From assembly GCA_000091205.1 (NCBI GenBank), contig AP006483.2: a DNA stretch of 64,000 bases, one strand, 5' to 3'. This document shows, in pieces, positions 1-10,615 of this stretch. This DNA is from Cyanidioschyzon merolae (Eukaryota). The position numbers were made by a program, and so were the translations under genes. Position 1 is the stretch's first letter. Each line of letters begins with the position of its first letter. The notes below the pieces were generated by a model that made no database searches, was not told the origin of the DNA, and saw only the letters and a program-made list of their open reading frames with translations.

Positions 1-1425
1 AAGGTACTGCTGCATCGGTGCATCTTGCAGAGCGTCCATGCTTTCGACGGCATAGGCATGCTCATGAGATCTGGGGGGCTTTTTAGAAAAGGATTCCAAT
101 TCAGCTGAGCCTTCAACAGAGTGCGTACCGTTCTCCGGCCAGAAGCGTCCTTACGGAAACGCGAGTCCAGCTGACTGGTGTGGCGTAAACGTCAACTCGT
201 GGGTGGACACAGCCTCATGCAATGTGCAGCGTGGTGCCCTTGAGCACAGAGGCTCAATCTGTCTAGCCTTCGCATGCAGTGCACGACAGCAGGTCAGCGC
301 GACGCCCTGGCACGTGTCAGATCGAGGCGCGACTGACCCAGCGCGAGCCTGGAAAGAAAAGAAAAACTCCTGGAAAACATGTTGTTGCAATATCTGCCAG
401 GGCCTCGAACAGCATGCGCTCCGCGCGAACATCACGGAAGTTTGATGGATTCGCTGCATTTGGTACGGATGAACACCTTGCGAATCGCTGTTTTAAGGCA
501 CAGGATCCACGCATCTAACTAGACTCCCTCGAATGCGCAGCTTCTGCTCATAAAAAGGCAAGCGACGCATGTGTCTCTATAAATAATTTTAATGTTACAC
601 TCAATCCAGACCACAGCTCTTCCTGGAGACTCAGATTTGATCGGTGCGGCAACGCTGGAACTGCGGTAACTGGGGAAGCGCTTTTCCAAAGAAGCTGGAC
701 TAGCGTGCTGCGACGTCGAACGACGACGTTGGGAGGTCCCGTTCGCTGGTCGCTCTAGCAACGCCGCCAGCTTTTCCTTTGGGCATCAATGAGGCGGCAC
801 GAGCTCCGCGCGGCATCCCCTGTTGTCATCATGCAACCCGCGCTGAACCGTGTTCACGAAAGGAAGCGATAATCTGCAACCCGCTGCTCAAAACATGAGG
901 TTATGTCGCACCCAGGTCTTCTTGTCTTTTAGCGCACCGTGTTACAAACCGATCCAGGCCATATACCGAATGCGCTGCACCAGGAAATCGTCGTTCGAAT
1001 CAGAAGAAGAAAAATGCAACCAATGTGCCGAGAATCGCAAGAATCCGCTTGCATCTTGCCAGCGCAACCAGCCGTTCGATCACGAACCCCTGATCACAAC
1101 ACATGCATGGATCCATGGAGCATTCACTGCCTTGGGATGGCGACTGCTTGACATCCCGGTTGCATATGTGTTTGTGGGGAGGATGTAGGCTGCGAACGCA
1201 ACGGCGTCTCAGCGCCCGCGAAGCGAACAAAACGGACTCGGAACTGTGGGATACGCTTCACTGCCCGTGTGCCCGTCGAGCGATTCCGGCAAAGAAGAAT
1301 CATATCCGCTTAATCGGCATCGAGGCAGCTTACGTTCACGTACTTGATCGTGCTTGGCTCTGATCTCATCCCGGGCAAGCGTCACACAGGCGTGAGGTGA
1401 TCGTATACACGGGAAACGGGGCGGT

Positions 1426-2640
1426 ATGCTCCTGTCGTGCGAAACGTCGCAGATTTTAGGGTGGTGCTGTTTTCACAGTTCGCGGCACGGTCTGCGGAGT
1501 GTGCGACAGGGCACCCGCTTGGTAACGCTTCGATATCAGCAGCGAGTGCCTGCAAAGCCTCGATATCTACGAAACGCGCATACGTTTGGTGAACACGCTC
1601 GATCAAGAATGGACGTGCTGGAGCCAGCGCGCTTGCTGGAGGCGTATCGACGGAGCATTCCAGACTGGGAGACGCTACGGCACAAGGGTGCTGCTGGACG
1701 CGTAGCGGTTGTCGGTGGTTGTCTCGAGTACACCGGCGCGCCGTACCTTGCCGCTATGAGTGCCACACGAGCTGGCGCAGATCTCGCTTACATATTCTGT
1801 GCAGTCGAGGCGGCATTCCCGCTGAAAACCTACGCCCCAGACTTGATCGTTATTCCCGCTTACAGTTCACGGCCTTTGGCGAGTCTGCAGCCGAGTGATT
1901 CTGTTCATAGCTCCGAGCCGGCTGCGGTAGACCTTTTCGTTTCATGGCTACCGCGCATGCATGCGGTGTGCTTTGGACCCGGCCTCGGGCGAGACCCCGG
2001 TGTGCTTGCTACTGTGCAGGAGCTCTTGGTGCGCGCCCTCAAGCATCCAGTGCCCGTGGTTATTGACGCGGATGCTCTGTTCCTGTTGAGCCAATTCGGT
2101 CCACGACACACCGGAACGGCACTAGCGACCACCCTGGAGGAACGAAGAAACGCAACTGCTGACCGAGGGTCTTCCTCCAATCGCATTGCTCCCATCGTGG
2201 TGACCCCGAACGCAGTGGAAACTCGACGACTGCTGGAGTCTTTTCAGATCCGCTCGCCGCAAGAATGGGTCCGTCATGTACTGGCTCCTGGCGATGTCAT
2301 GTTAGAGAAAGGTGAAACAGACCGAATCCATGCGGTATGCGACGAGGCTCACGAACCTGAACCATCCTGTGTGACCGTGGACTGCGCGGAATGCGGCTCA
2401 CCGCGACGCTGTGGCGGCCAAGGTGATATACTCAGTGGCATCTTGGCAACATCTCTGGCATGGATGGGCTTTCAGGGCGAATCCGCAAGCGCCCTAGTAG
2501 CAGCGGTGGGGGCATCCACGCTAACCCGGCGCGCATCACGAGCAGCCTTCGGGGCCAAATATCGGGCCATGACAGCAACAGACGTTCTCGAGCAAGTCGG
2601 GCCTGTATTCCATGCCTTTGAAACAGAGTCATCCAGCTAG
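1426..2640 (+). CDS. NAXD: ATP-dependent (S)-NAD(P)H-hydrate dehydratase (YjeF C-terminal / CARKD family carbohydrate kinase)
   Basis: 404-aa ORF. It carries the family motifs 'GAAGRVAVVGGCLEYTGAPYLAAMSATRAGADLAYIF' (Gly-rich nucleotide loop) and the C-terminal 'CGGQGDILSGILA' (GxGD...G catalytic Asp motif). The first ~60 aa show no family resemblance, so the real start is probably the in-frame Met at 1609 (MDVLEPARLL..., 343 aa), or the N-terminus is a targeting peptide. Confidence 0.8.
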   Translation: MLLSCETSQILGWCCFHSSRHGLRSVRQGTRLVTLRYQQRVPAKPRYLRNAHTFGEHARSRMDVLEPARLLEAYRRSIPDWETLRHKGAAGRVAVVGGCLEYTGAPYLAAMSATRAGADLAYIFCAVEAAFPLKTYAPDLIVIPAYSSRPLASLQPSDSVHSSEPAAVDLFVSWLPRMHAVCFGPGLGRDPGVLATVQELLVRALKHPVPVVIDADALFLLSQFGPRHTGTALATTLEERRNATADRGSSSNRIAPIVVTPNAVETRRLLESFQIRSPQEWVRHVLAPGDVMLEKGETDRIHAVCDEAHEPEPSCVTVDCAECGSPRRCGGQGDILSGILATSLAWMGFQGESASALVAAVGASTLTRRASRAAFGAKYRAMTATDVLEQVGPVFHAFETESSS

Positions 2641-5600
2641 ATGGGTTGTCCACGTGACATGCGCTGTTTGCTTCTATTCGGGAGAAGCATCTGGGTGCTG
2701 GTCGGCGCACAAGAACGTCTGTCCGAAACAGACCCATGTGCTTGATTGAACGTGCTCATCGATGCGAGTTGCGCCTCGATACTTTTCGCAGGGAAGACGG
2801 TTTCTTCGTGGAAACGAACTTTAACCACAGGAAGCTACTGGATGGAAGCCTCGTCAGTACGAATCGTACCGAAAGGCGTGCCTTTGATTCTGTCCATGCA
2901 CATGAGAGCGAAACCATGCAGGGATGCCCAGCATCATGTCTCATCTATGGGGAGCAATACCGCTTCGTACGTGATTCGATGGGTACGCGCGTTGTCGCCT
3001 GTGCTGCGGCGCGTGAACCTCTCCGGAGCTGGAAGCCTTGCCAGGAAATCTAGAGCTCCAGCTCATGCGCGCGGCATGCTCCACAATCCATAGAGATCAA
3101 GATAGCCATCGCTGATCATGGCAAGCACGCTCATCCCAACGAAAACGCGATGCACCCAAAAATGCAGAGCGCTTCCGTTCCTGTTCACAGAAGGAAGCGA
3201 TGGTAACGGTGTAGGAACGCATTCGTCAGTTCGAAATGCGTTTTCTGGTGTACCGAGGCTGTGCGCCTGGATACGAGCGGTTTTGCGAGGCAACGCAGCA
3301 CATCGCAGATGCATCTACCTGATAGAGAGGCGTCTCCGGTCACAAGCGCGAGTGCCAGAGCCATTCTCGAGGCACAAGTCCTCCCTCCGTTCGGTTTGGC
3401 GGAACGAATATGCGGAAACCTGGAAATCATCGCAGAGTCACAGCCGGGATGCGCCCTTGACTCCAAGTCGGCGAAGGCGGCTTTCGTGTACTGCGCCTCG
3501 GTCAACGGAAAGCGAAACTTGCATGGAGCGAGTGACTTTATTGGCGCCTCTGCCGATTGTATGCTGTTCTCGTGGATGTCTGCGCATGTCCAGCACGAGC
3601 GCATAGCTACGATCGGACGCGCTGCTAACGCAAGTCGGGCCATGCGCCTGCCATGAAAAATGGCATGTGCCCGACCCGTCTCTCTACACCCGTGTCAGAT
3701 TAAAATGGTAGCGTGGATTACTTGCTTTTTTCCAGCTACTGGATATTTTCTCGGAACGGGTTTTTAGATGTACAGCCTCGAGATTCGAAATGCGGCAGTA
3801 AAGGTTTACGGATTCATAGCTAGTTTGAGGATTCTCGCTCCTCTTGTGAGAACGGCTTCTTTAACTCTCTGCCGCTTGATTTCGTTCCGTCACATGAATC
3901 GAGGTGATTCGTGATGCCATCGAAAAAGCGTTGATAAAAACATCGACATCGGTATCCTATTCTTGCGTGCCCGTCTACGAGCACTCCTTGCATGTGGCAT
4001 GTTCAACTTGTTGATTTTTGGAGTTCTCGATGCTTTTGTCTCAGGGCAACTCATGGGCGCAATATTTCGCGTCACTGGATTATCGAGACAAATACGCAAC
4101 GTCGTCTCTAGGCGCTGACCTCACAAGTGCATGATGAAACTTCACTGGACTCTTGATACGGCATAATCGATTCCGTTAGAGCGACCGATGCTCCGCTCTT
4201 TGTAGTCATTGACAAGGCGCCATTCGACAGCAGTATGATACTTGTCTGATCCGACAAAGAGGCTGGTGCTGCCGTGTTAGCCTTCTCAACGAGCGCAACT
4301 GAGGCCGCCAAATCAATACATCCCAGCTGGAATAGATTACGATCTCATCGTTCTCTGTCGGTTCGATCATACAAACGACGGGTCCCTTTTCTACGAATGC
4401 GCATAGACAGTCCGGCAATTTCATCGGGTAAAAGTCTCATCGACCGAAAAAAACAGTTCGACGTCCCACTGCTGTATTCGGATGGCGACGTTCCAAGAAA
4501 GCTGCAGCTGCGATTTCGATGGGAAGGGGCCGTGTTTGAAATAGAACCCTTTTTTGCAACTGTATCCGAGTCTTTTCTGGACCATACGAACTAGCTGTTG
4601 AGAAACAGAGACGCCCTTGCCGGCCACTATCGTCGCTTTTGCTTTCCCATAGGTGATGAACAGGTCTTTTTCTACCACTGACAACAAGTGCTCTTAGACA
4701 GTCCCAGTTTTTGGTGCGGAGCGCATATGCTTGTTTCTTTTATTGTTCTATACTTATCTGAGTACAGTGGTATGACGGAACTGAATGAGGAATGCGGTCC
4801 TCCTTGCAATGTTCAGTGAGGAAGATATCCTACATTCAATTCGTCTACCATCGATAGGGTAAATTGTTTCTTGATTTGGATGCCCTGCTATGCACTGCAG
4901 AAAAACATTCGATTACACCCAGGGAAGGGTAACATAATTGAGTTGAAAGCGTATAAGACGCCCGGCCCCCTGACCGTTTGCATGGAAAAATGATTGTGGA
5001 CTTGGGCTTCAGTCAACGCAGTGACTACTTCCAATAAAGTATGTGTCTGGGGTTCGTACGATGAGGGAGTACACGGATCGAAATTTTTCGACATGTTCTC
5101 TATCCCAGGTTTTCCTTCAGGTAACTGCTTAACATGGACAACATCCCGTTCCACAAATCCTATAGCGCATAGAACAGCTTGCTTTTGCATGCGCAGCGTA
5201 TAAACTAAGCGCTAAGGGGATCTCCCCGAAGAAGTCCGTGATCAAAAGGCACCACAACAGGCGCTTAGACTGAAGAGCAGATCCGGGCCAGTCTTCAGTA
5301 CTCTTTTAGGACGTACACTGAGCCAGGGAGCGAGCCTTCATGGACCATAGGGTGACACTCGATGGATGAAGTGCTATGAGCACCCCGGAGCGCACCTGAC
5401 CTCAGCCAAATATCACTGACACAGAAGGCGCACCAACGGCATCTACAAACAAGATGAAAATGGCAAAAAATATTAATCACAACGAACCTCTGTGGAGCAA
5501 ATTCGATGACAACGGCTGAAAGCCGTAAAAGACTAACTCGCCCGCTGCCATGAACTTCCTTCGATTGCTGACAAAGGTACCGGGGAAACACGGGAGAGCA

Positions 5601-5726
5601 TCCCCGATAGAAGCTCGCGTCATCGGTTTACCCTGCGATGGCCGACACGATCCGAGATGTCCGAAAAAGCGCAGCATCCCTGCGCAGGATCATTTATGTC
5701 TTTATATGTCTAGTTTCTAATCGATC

Positions 5727-5757
<31 letters not shown>
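5727..5757. repeat. (ACGC)n / (CACG)n tetranucleotide microsatellite, ~7 units
   Basis: Read directly: gcgcacgcacgcacgcacgcacgcacg. It is alternating purine-pyrimidine (Z-DNA-prone) and lies ~60 bp upstream of the ATG of the next CDS (5813). Confidence 0.9.
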
Positions 5758-5812
5758 AGCAGGTGCGCGTGCCGTTTTCCCGCGCTGCACCGCTGCACGC
5801 AGGGCGACACGC

Positions 5813-7429
5813 TTGTCGACGTGTTGTTGTTGTGGTGGTGCTGTCATGGACGTTTTGGAGTGTCCTCCGAAAGAGACGTTCTCTGATCTCCCTGAGTGGC
5901 TGCAGCGAGATATCGGTAAAGGCATTCAGCAGCTTCAGGATGTGATACGTTCCAGAACGAGAGAAGAAGCCGGTGTCGTCGACGCTGATCCACATGCACC
6001 AGTCGAGGAACAGCCCACGTTCACGGACGTTGCGAGCTTTTTCTCACAAGTTTTAGAGCGTTTCGAGACAAGCGAAACGTTTACAGGACTAGATGAGTCA
6101 CCGGCGTACGCTGAACTCTTACTTCTATACGGAAGGGCACTGCTCGGGGCGGCCTGGAACGCGCTGGAGCAGGAGGCTGCGGCGAAGGTGCTTGGCCCAC
6201 CGGTTCCACGCTATATCGCTACGGACGCAGGCTCAGGCGCCGATGCGGTTACAAGCGATGACGAGCCCGAAAGGAATGAGGAAACGACATTTGATGAGGT
6301 ACCTGACGGGGTTCAGGAGCAACCGGAAGACTTCACGCAAACGGGCCAGAATAATGCTCGAATACGGAGCGGAACCGAGCCCGCAAACCACAAGGCTGCT
6401 GCTGCGGAACCAGAAGTTTGCGCTGCAGTTGCACACGAGGCAGGCGAGTCAACCGGCGCAATGCCGCTATCGTCCGCACAGACTGGCAAGGACAAGTTGG
6501 ACGAGTTTGCCACGGACACCCGAGAGGGACACGGGTTGCTTGGGACGCCTGAACATAGCCGCTCGCCCTGCGAACGCACCGTCTCGAAAAGTCTCGAAAA
6601 GGAATCACTCGGGAGAAACGGTAACGGTGCTGCAGAAATTCTTTCCAAGCAGGATGCCGATGCGGCAAATTCCGATCATCCAGATTCAAGTGACGTGAGC
6701 GACGGCGACGACGAGATTGAAGAAGGCCAAGTCGATGACAACAACGAAGATGACGAGGACGACGCACAACGAGCCTGGGAGGTTCTCGAATGCTCCCGTA
6801 TGATATTCCTCAAGGCTGGCGAGCGTTATCTGCCACGCGTCTCTCTTTGCTATGAATTGCTCGGTGATTTTTCTCTGTATGTGAACGACGCTTTCGAGCA
6901 AGCGGCCGAGGATTACGCGCAAGCCATTGCCACAGCAGAACGCGCTGGTGATGCCCGCAGCAGACGGGTTGCGTCGCTGGCCCACCGGAAGTATGTTGCT
7001 TTGCGAAGCGCCGGCCGCTGGACGGATGCGCTCGACGCCTTGCTCGTCGCGAAAGCAATTCTCACTGACCAGTTCGAGCAAGTGCCGCAGGAGGAACGCG
7101 AGGATGTAGCTGCGCTCGTGCAAGAGTTGGAATCAGAATGCCGGATGATACGTGATGCTGTGCGCGGACTCGCAAAACAGGAAGAATCCGCTCGTGAGCA
7201 TTACCCGGCCTCTTCTGACAATCGAAACCGGCAGTGCCTATCGGCGAAGACGGAGAACATTACTGGGCCACCACCGGCCGATGCTGTGCCGGTTATGCCA
7301 CGACGCGGTGTGAAACGTGTCGCCGCGGACCTGAAAGCCGACCCTGGGCATCACGACGAGAAAACCGGTCCAAGTTCAGCAAAACTGGCAACAGGGAGCG
7401 CTTCCACAGATCCGACGTCTCCGCAGTGA
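5813..7429 (+). CDS. NASP: NASP / SHNi-TPR family histone H3-H4 chaperone (N1/N2-like)
   Basis: 538-aa ORF. TPR-like helices are interrupted by a long acidic stretch (DDEIEEGQVDDNNEDDEDD), then 'AQRAWEVLECSRMIFLKAGERYL...CYELLGDFSLYVNDAFEQAAEDYAQAI'. The acidic interruption plus the 'AWE.LE..R.I' helix is the hallmark of NASP/Hif1/Sim3. The first Met is followed by MSTCCCCGG; the Met at residue 12 (MDVLECPP) is an alternative start. Confidence 0.6.
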   Translation: MSTCCCCGGAVMDVLECPPKETFSDLPEWLQRDIGKGIQQLQDVIRSRTREEAGVVDADPHAPVEEQPTFTDVASFFSQVLERFETSETFTGLDESPAYAELLLLYGRALLGAAWNALEQEAAAKVLGPPVPRYIATDAGSGADAVTSDDEPERNEETTFDEVPDGVQEQPEDFTQTGQNNARIRSGTEPANHKAAAAEPEVCAAVAHEAGESTGAMPLSSAQTGKDKLDEFATDTREGHGLLGTPEHSRSPCERTVSKSLEKESLGRNGNGAAEILSKQDADAANSDHPDSSDVSDGDDEIEEGQVDDNNEDDEDDAQRAWEVLECSRMIFLKAGERYLPRVSLCYELLGDFSLYVNDAFEQAAEDYAQAIATAERAGDARSRRVASLAHRKYVALRSAGRWTDALDALLVAKAILTDQFEQVPQEEREDVAALVQELESECRMIRDAVRGLAKQEESAREHYPASSDNRNRQCLSAKTENITGPPPADAVPVMPRRGVKRVAADLKADPGHHDEKTGPSSAKLATGSASTDPTSPQ

Positions 7430-7996
7430 GTTGCCGACTTGGTCACAGGGCGCGGTTTACCGATGTAGCTGCAGCAACCATAACAATAGTAATAATCGTC
7501 TGTACGAAGCGTCTACACAAATCTGACGATCCATTGCAGTAGCGCGAGGCAGTCGGCGTCACCGTACGGCACTGTGGCGATTGTCGTTCTGGCAACGCAG
7601 ACGCTCCAACGCATGCACGACTATGAGCATTGCAGTTGGCGAATAAAGCACCACAGGCCACGCATTCTTCAACTTATGCTGAATGCTATTCGCCTGATGG
7701 CCTTTCATCAACCGTTCTCCGTGATCGCACTCATGAAGTATGACGAGAATTCGAACAGCGCCCGTCAGAGAATGACTGCACGTTTCTCGACCAGAACAGT
7801 CTGGATTAAGGAGGATGCTCGGTACCGGCTCCGATCGATGATATCTAAACTTGTTCAACATGGAAAACTTACAAGTCCAGCCCGGTGCGCTGATGCCGCC
7901 CCGACGACCTTTCGTCTGCGGATAGCCGCCCAGGACTGGGGCGTTTTTATGTCCGCCTGGTGCTGTTGCGCGGTAGCCGTGCGCGTGATGCGAATC

Positions 7997-8032
7997 CTGC
8001 TTCTGCTGCTTCTGCTGCTTCTGCTGCTGCTG
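7997..8032. repeat. (CTGCTT)/(CTG)n trinucleotide-hexanucleotide microsatellite
   Basis: ctgcttctgctgcttctgctgcttctgctgctgctg, intergenic between the NASP 3' end and the 3' end of the minus-strand capping enzyme gene. Confidence 0.85.
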
Positions 8033-8090
8033 GCATGTAAGTACTCTCGCCTGATGCTCACGAAAAACATCGTCAACGTCGAATGCTCAC

Positions 8091-9878
8091 TCAGCGTACA
8101 GCGTCACTGACTCGCGGCGGTGGCAACAGCGAGATCGGAGTCGTCCGCAGATACTCCCAATCGCTCTCGTCGAAAAGGTCGCCAGGCTGCAGGGCATTTC
8201 CTGTAGCTGTCTTGGTCTGCAGTAGTGCCCTGCACCGCTGCCGTGCCTCCTCTAGGCCGCAAACACGTTCAAGCAGCTCTGCCCGCGTCACATTTTCCGC
8301 AATCGCCTCCAAACAATCAATGACTACGGAGGCGTAGTTCGGTGACTCTTTGTCGAGACGCGGGCGCAAAAAGCGCCATTCGCCAGCCAAACGATCATAA
8401 GTGCATTCGATCACCGCCTCATGCCAACGAGCGTAGTCTGCGAACCACTCGCGCTTTAAACGACTCGGAAAATATACCTCTCGATAGCGCACGACTCCGT
8501 TGTCGCCGCGATAGCCGAGAAACGCGCGGACGTCGTTGGCCGGATCATTCCCAGCCTGTAGCCAAAGAATGAAGTCGACCGTGTTATGCGTTGGGTATTT
8601 GTACTTGAGAAGTGCTGCACAGGTGCGCAGGGTATACGGCAAGCCAACTGGGGTAAAGATGATGCCGTCGTTGCCACTCTGAAAGACGCCATCGCTCCGC
8701 AAGTGCCGATACGTGTACGTCGGAGCGCCGCCTTGAGGGTCATCGGCTTTCCCGGAACGACCCTGGTAAATGCGCGAAAAGAGCAGCGGAAGCTCAGCCT
8801 TCTCATAGACGTCTTTGCGTCGCACTCGCAAACAGCCCGCAGTAGCGGGGTGCAGGGCACGCGGCCCCGTCACGTACCGCTCGATAGCATCCAGGCGGAC
8901 GCGGTAGGACTGGTAGGCGATGCCGGTGTCGCCCTGGATAGCGATCACGTCGTAGGCGAGGTACTCGAAGCGCTCGATGCACTCGTTGTAGACCAACTCA
9001 CCATCAAGAAGTGTGTCTTGGTGCAGAGAGCCGTCAGGCATCATAAGCACCGGATATGGCGTCACAGCAAATAGGTCGAGACGTCGATCCACCAGCAGAA
9101 CGCCCAGCTCTGTAGCAAAGAGTAGATAGCGAACGCCGTCCGATTTCTCCAGGAGCAGGTAGTCGCAGTCACGTACCATTGAGAAATGGCGTCTTGACAG
9201 CGTCACCGGCATACTGCCAGCGAAGGAGCGCGGCGGCTCGGACGCTCGTGCTACCCTTTGAAAAAGGCTCTGAAGCCGGACGAGTAGTTGACCTTTTTCG
9301 GCTGGTGGCAGACGCACGTAGCCGGCCTCCGCCATTTTCGCTTCACGGTTGGTTGCCTCTGTTACACCGGCAGCAGCGGTTGCAGTAACGCTCGAGCGAC
9401 ACCCAGCAGAAGCACAGCAGGCTACTGGGCCTGCAGTGCGCGAGGCTGGACCCGTAGCCGGGAGCAGCTGGCAGCGGTACCGGCAACAGACGAACGAAGT
9501 GCAACACGACCCGCTGGCGCCGAATCCCGCTGCGTCATGGACGATCAGGACCACCTCGTATTGTCCGCGGTGGATCAACAGATTCGGAAATACTTTGGCG
9601 TGGATATTCTGGGCCCTGGATCCGTAGAACCTGCTGGAAAAATCTAGCATACAGTCTCTGGAGGTGTATGCCACTGGTGACCGTTGCTCCCGAGCGACCT
9701 GCGTGTATGCACGGACGCTTTGCTCGCGAATATTTACGGGTGCGTCAGCATCTGTCCATCGACCTGTATGCACTGATGCTTCGCGCTCGAATGTTTTCAG
9801 GTGCATCGTCGTCACTGCATTGGCCTGGGGCGCACCCGCTCGCGACCATGAACGCGATAAACAGGTAGATGTCGCCAT
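8091..9878 (-). CDS. mRNA capping enzyme, GTP-RNA guanylyltransferase (covalent nucleotidyltransferase superfamily)
   Basis: Ordered nucleotidyltransferase motifs are present: I 'LLLEKSDGVRYLLF' (KxDG, active-site Lys), III 'LLDGELV', IV 'DGIIFTP', V 'LLKYKYP'. Upstream is 'FAGSMPVTLSRRHF', similar to the FPGSQPVS motif of capping enzymes. The GTase part begins near Met182 (ATG at plus 9333..9335). The upstream 181 in-frame codons are discussed in findings. Confidence 0.8.
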   Translation of the reverse strand: MATSTCLSRSWSRAGAPQANAVTTMHLKTFEREASVHTGRWTDADAPVNIREQSVRAYTQVAREQRSPVAYTSRDCMLDFSSRFYGSRAQNIHAKVFPNLLIHRGQYEVVLIVHDAAGFGASGSCCTSFVCCRYRCQLLPATGPASRTAGPVACCASAGCRSSVTATAAAGVTEATNREAKMAEAGYVRLPPAEKGQLLVRLQSLFQRVARASEPPRSFAGSMPVTLSRRHFSMVRDCDYLLLEKSDGVRYLLFATELGVLLVDRRLDLFAVTPYPVLMMPDGSLHQDTLLDGELVYNECIERFEYLAYDVIAIQGDTGIAYQSYRVRLDAIERYVTGPRALHPATAGCLRVRRKDVYEKAELPLLFSRIYQGRSGKADDPQGGAPTYTYRHLRSDGVFQSGNDGIIFTPVGLPYTLRTCAALLKYKYPTHNTVDFILWLQAGNDPANDVRAFLGYRGDNGVVRYREVYFPSRLKREWFADYARWHEAVIECTYDRLAGEWRFLRPRLDKESPNYASVVIDCLEAIAENVTRAELLERVCGLEEARQRCRALLQTKTATGNALQPGDLFDESDWEYLRTTPISLLPPPRVSDAVR

Positions 9879-9967
9879 GCTGCTTCATTCATGGAGCGCT
9901 CTACGAGTCCTCGTGCTCTGGGCAGTACACCATTAGCTTGTTCTCGATACTATGTTTGCATATGAGA

Positions 9968-10615
9968 TTAGCTGAGCTGACATCTTACAAATGGCCAATT
10001 CGCTGCGAACCGGTGCCCACTGCGCTGAGCTACGAGTACGATTCCTGCAGCAAAACGCCCCTTGAGAGGGAATGCGCAGGTTGGATTCTCTGCCAGGTAT
10101 CCGTACGCATGCAACAACATGATATTCGGTGTTGCGCTTACGTGGCGAGCGCGGTGCCACCAGGCTCGTCGGATGGCTTCAGGAATGTCCCTCGCAGCTG
10201 CCTCGCAGAGGTCGTTATCGATGGAAGTGCATGTTGCAAGTGTACAGGCACGTGCTCGAGCGTCGCATTTCTGAACGACGCGGAATCCAGGCAAGTCTCG
10301 GGTATATTTGGCCAATACAGAGGGAACAGCTGGGCAGAGAAAATGGGTGTTTCGCTGAGCCTTGCATGATTGCAGTTCGCGACAACATCGTCTCGTCCAG
10401 AGAACGCACAGAGCAGCAGCACTCGCTTCACGGAATTCGCATATGCGTCTCAAGTGCGCGTTGTCCAAATAGAACTCGATATAGGACTTGACAAATTTGC
10501 GGGTCTGTACTGGGAAATGAAGCGTTGTGGATCTGCTTGTAGTGCGTCGCGCAGCAAGGGTGCGTATCGCGCTCGCGAGCATGTCTTGCGCATGCGCGCG
10601 TGCTCGCAGCGGCAA
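9968..10615 (-). CDS. hypothetical protein (215 aa), no recognisable domain
   Basis: Longest ORF in the ~1.5-kb divergent intergenic space between the capping enzyme and TBCB. Composition is protein-like, but I recognise no motif, and antisense ORFs of similar length occur by chance in this GC-rich DNA. Confidence 0.2.
   Translation of the reverse strand: MPLRARAHAQDMLASAIRTLAARRTTSRSTTLHFPVQTRKFVKSYIEFYLDNAHLRRICEFREASAAALCVLWTRRCCRELQSCKAQRNTHFLCPAVPSVLAKYTRDLPGFRVVQKCDARARACTLATCTSIDNDLCEAAARDIPEAIRRAWWHRARHVSATPNIMLLHAYGYLAENPTCAFPLKGRFAAGIVLVAQRSGHRFAANWPFVRCQLS

Noticed and set aside
1-200. Checked whether a minus-strand gene runs off the 5' end of the window, as the plus-strand one does at the 3' end
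   Set aside because: All three reverse frames hit a stop within the first ~190 nt. Only a 50-codon open stretch without an upstream Met is left, and nothing significant.
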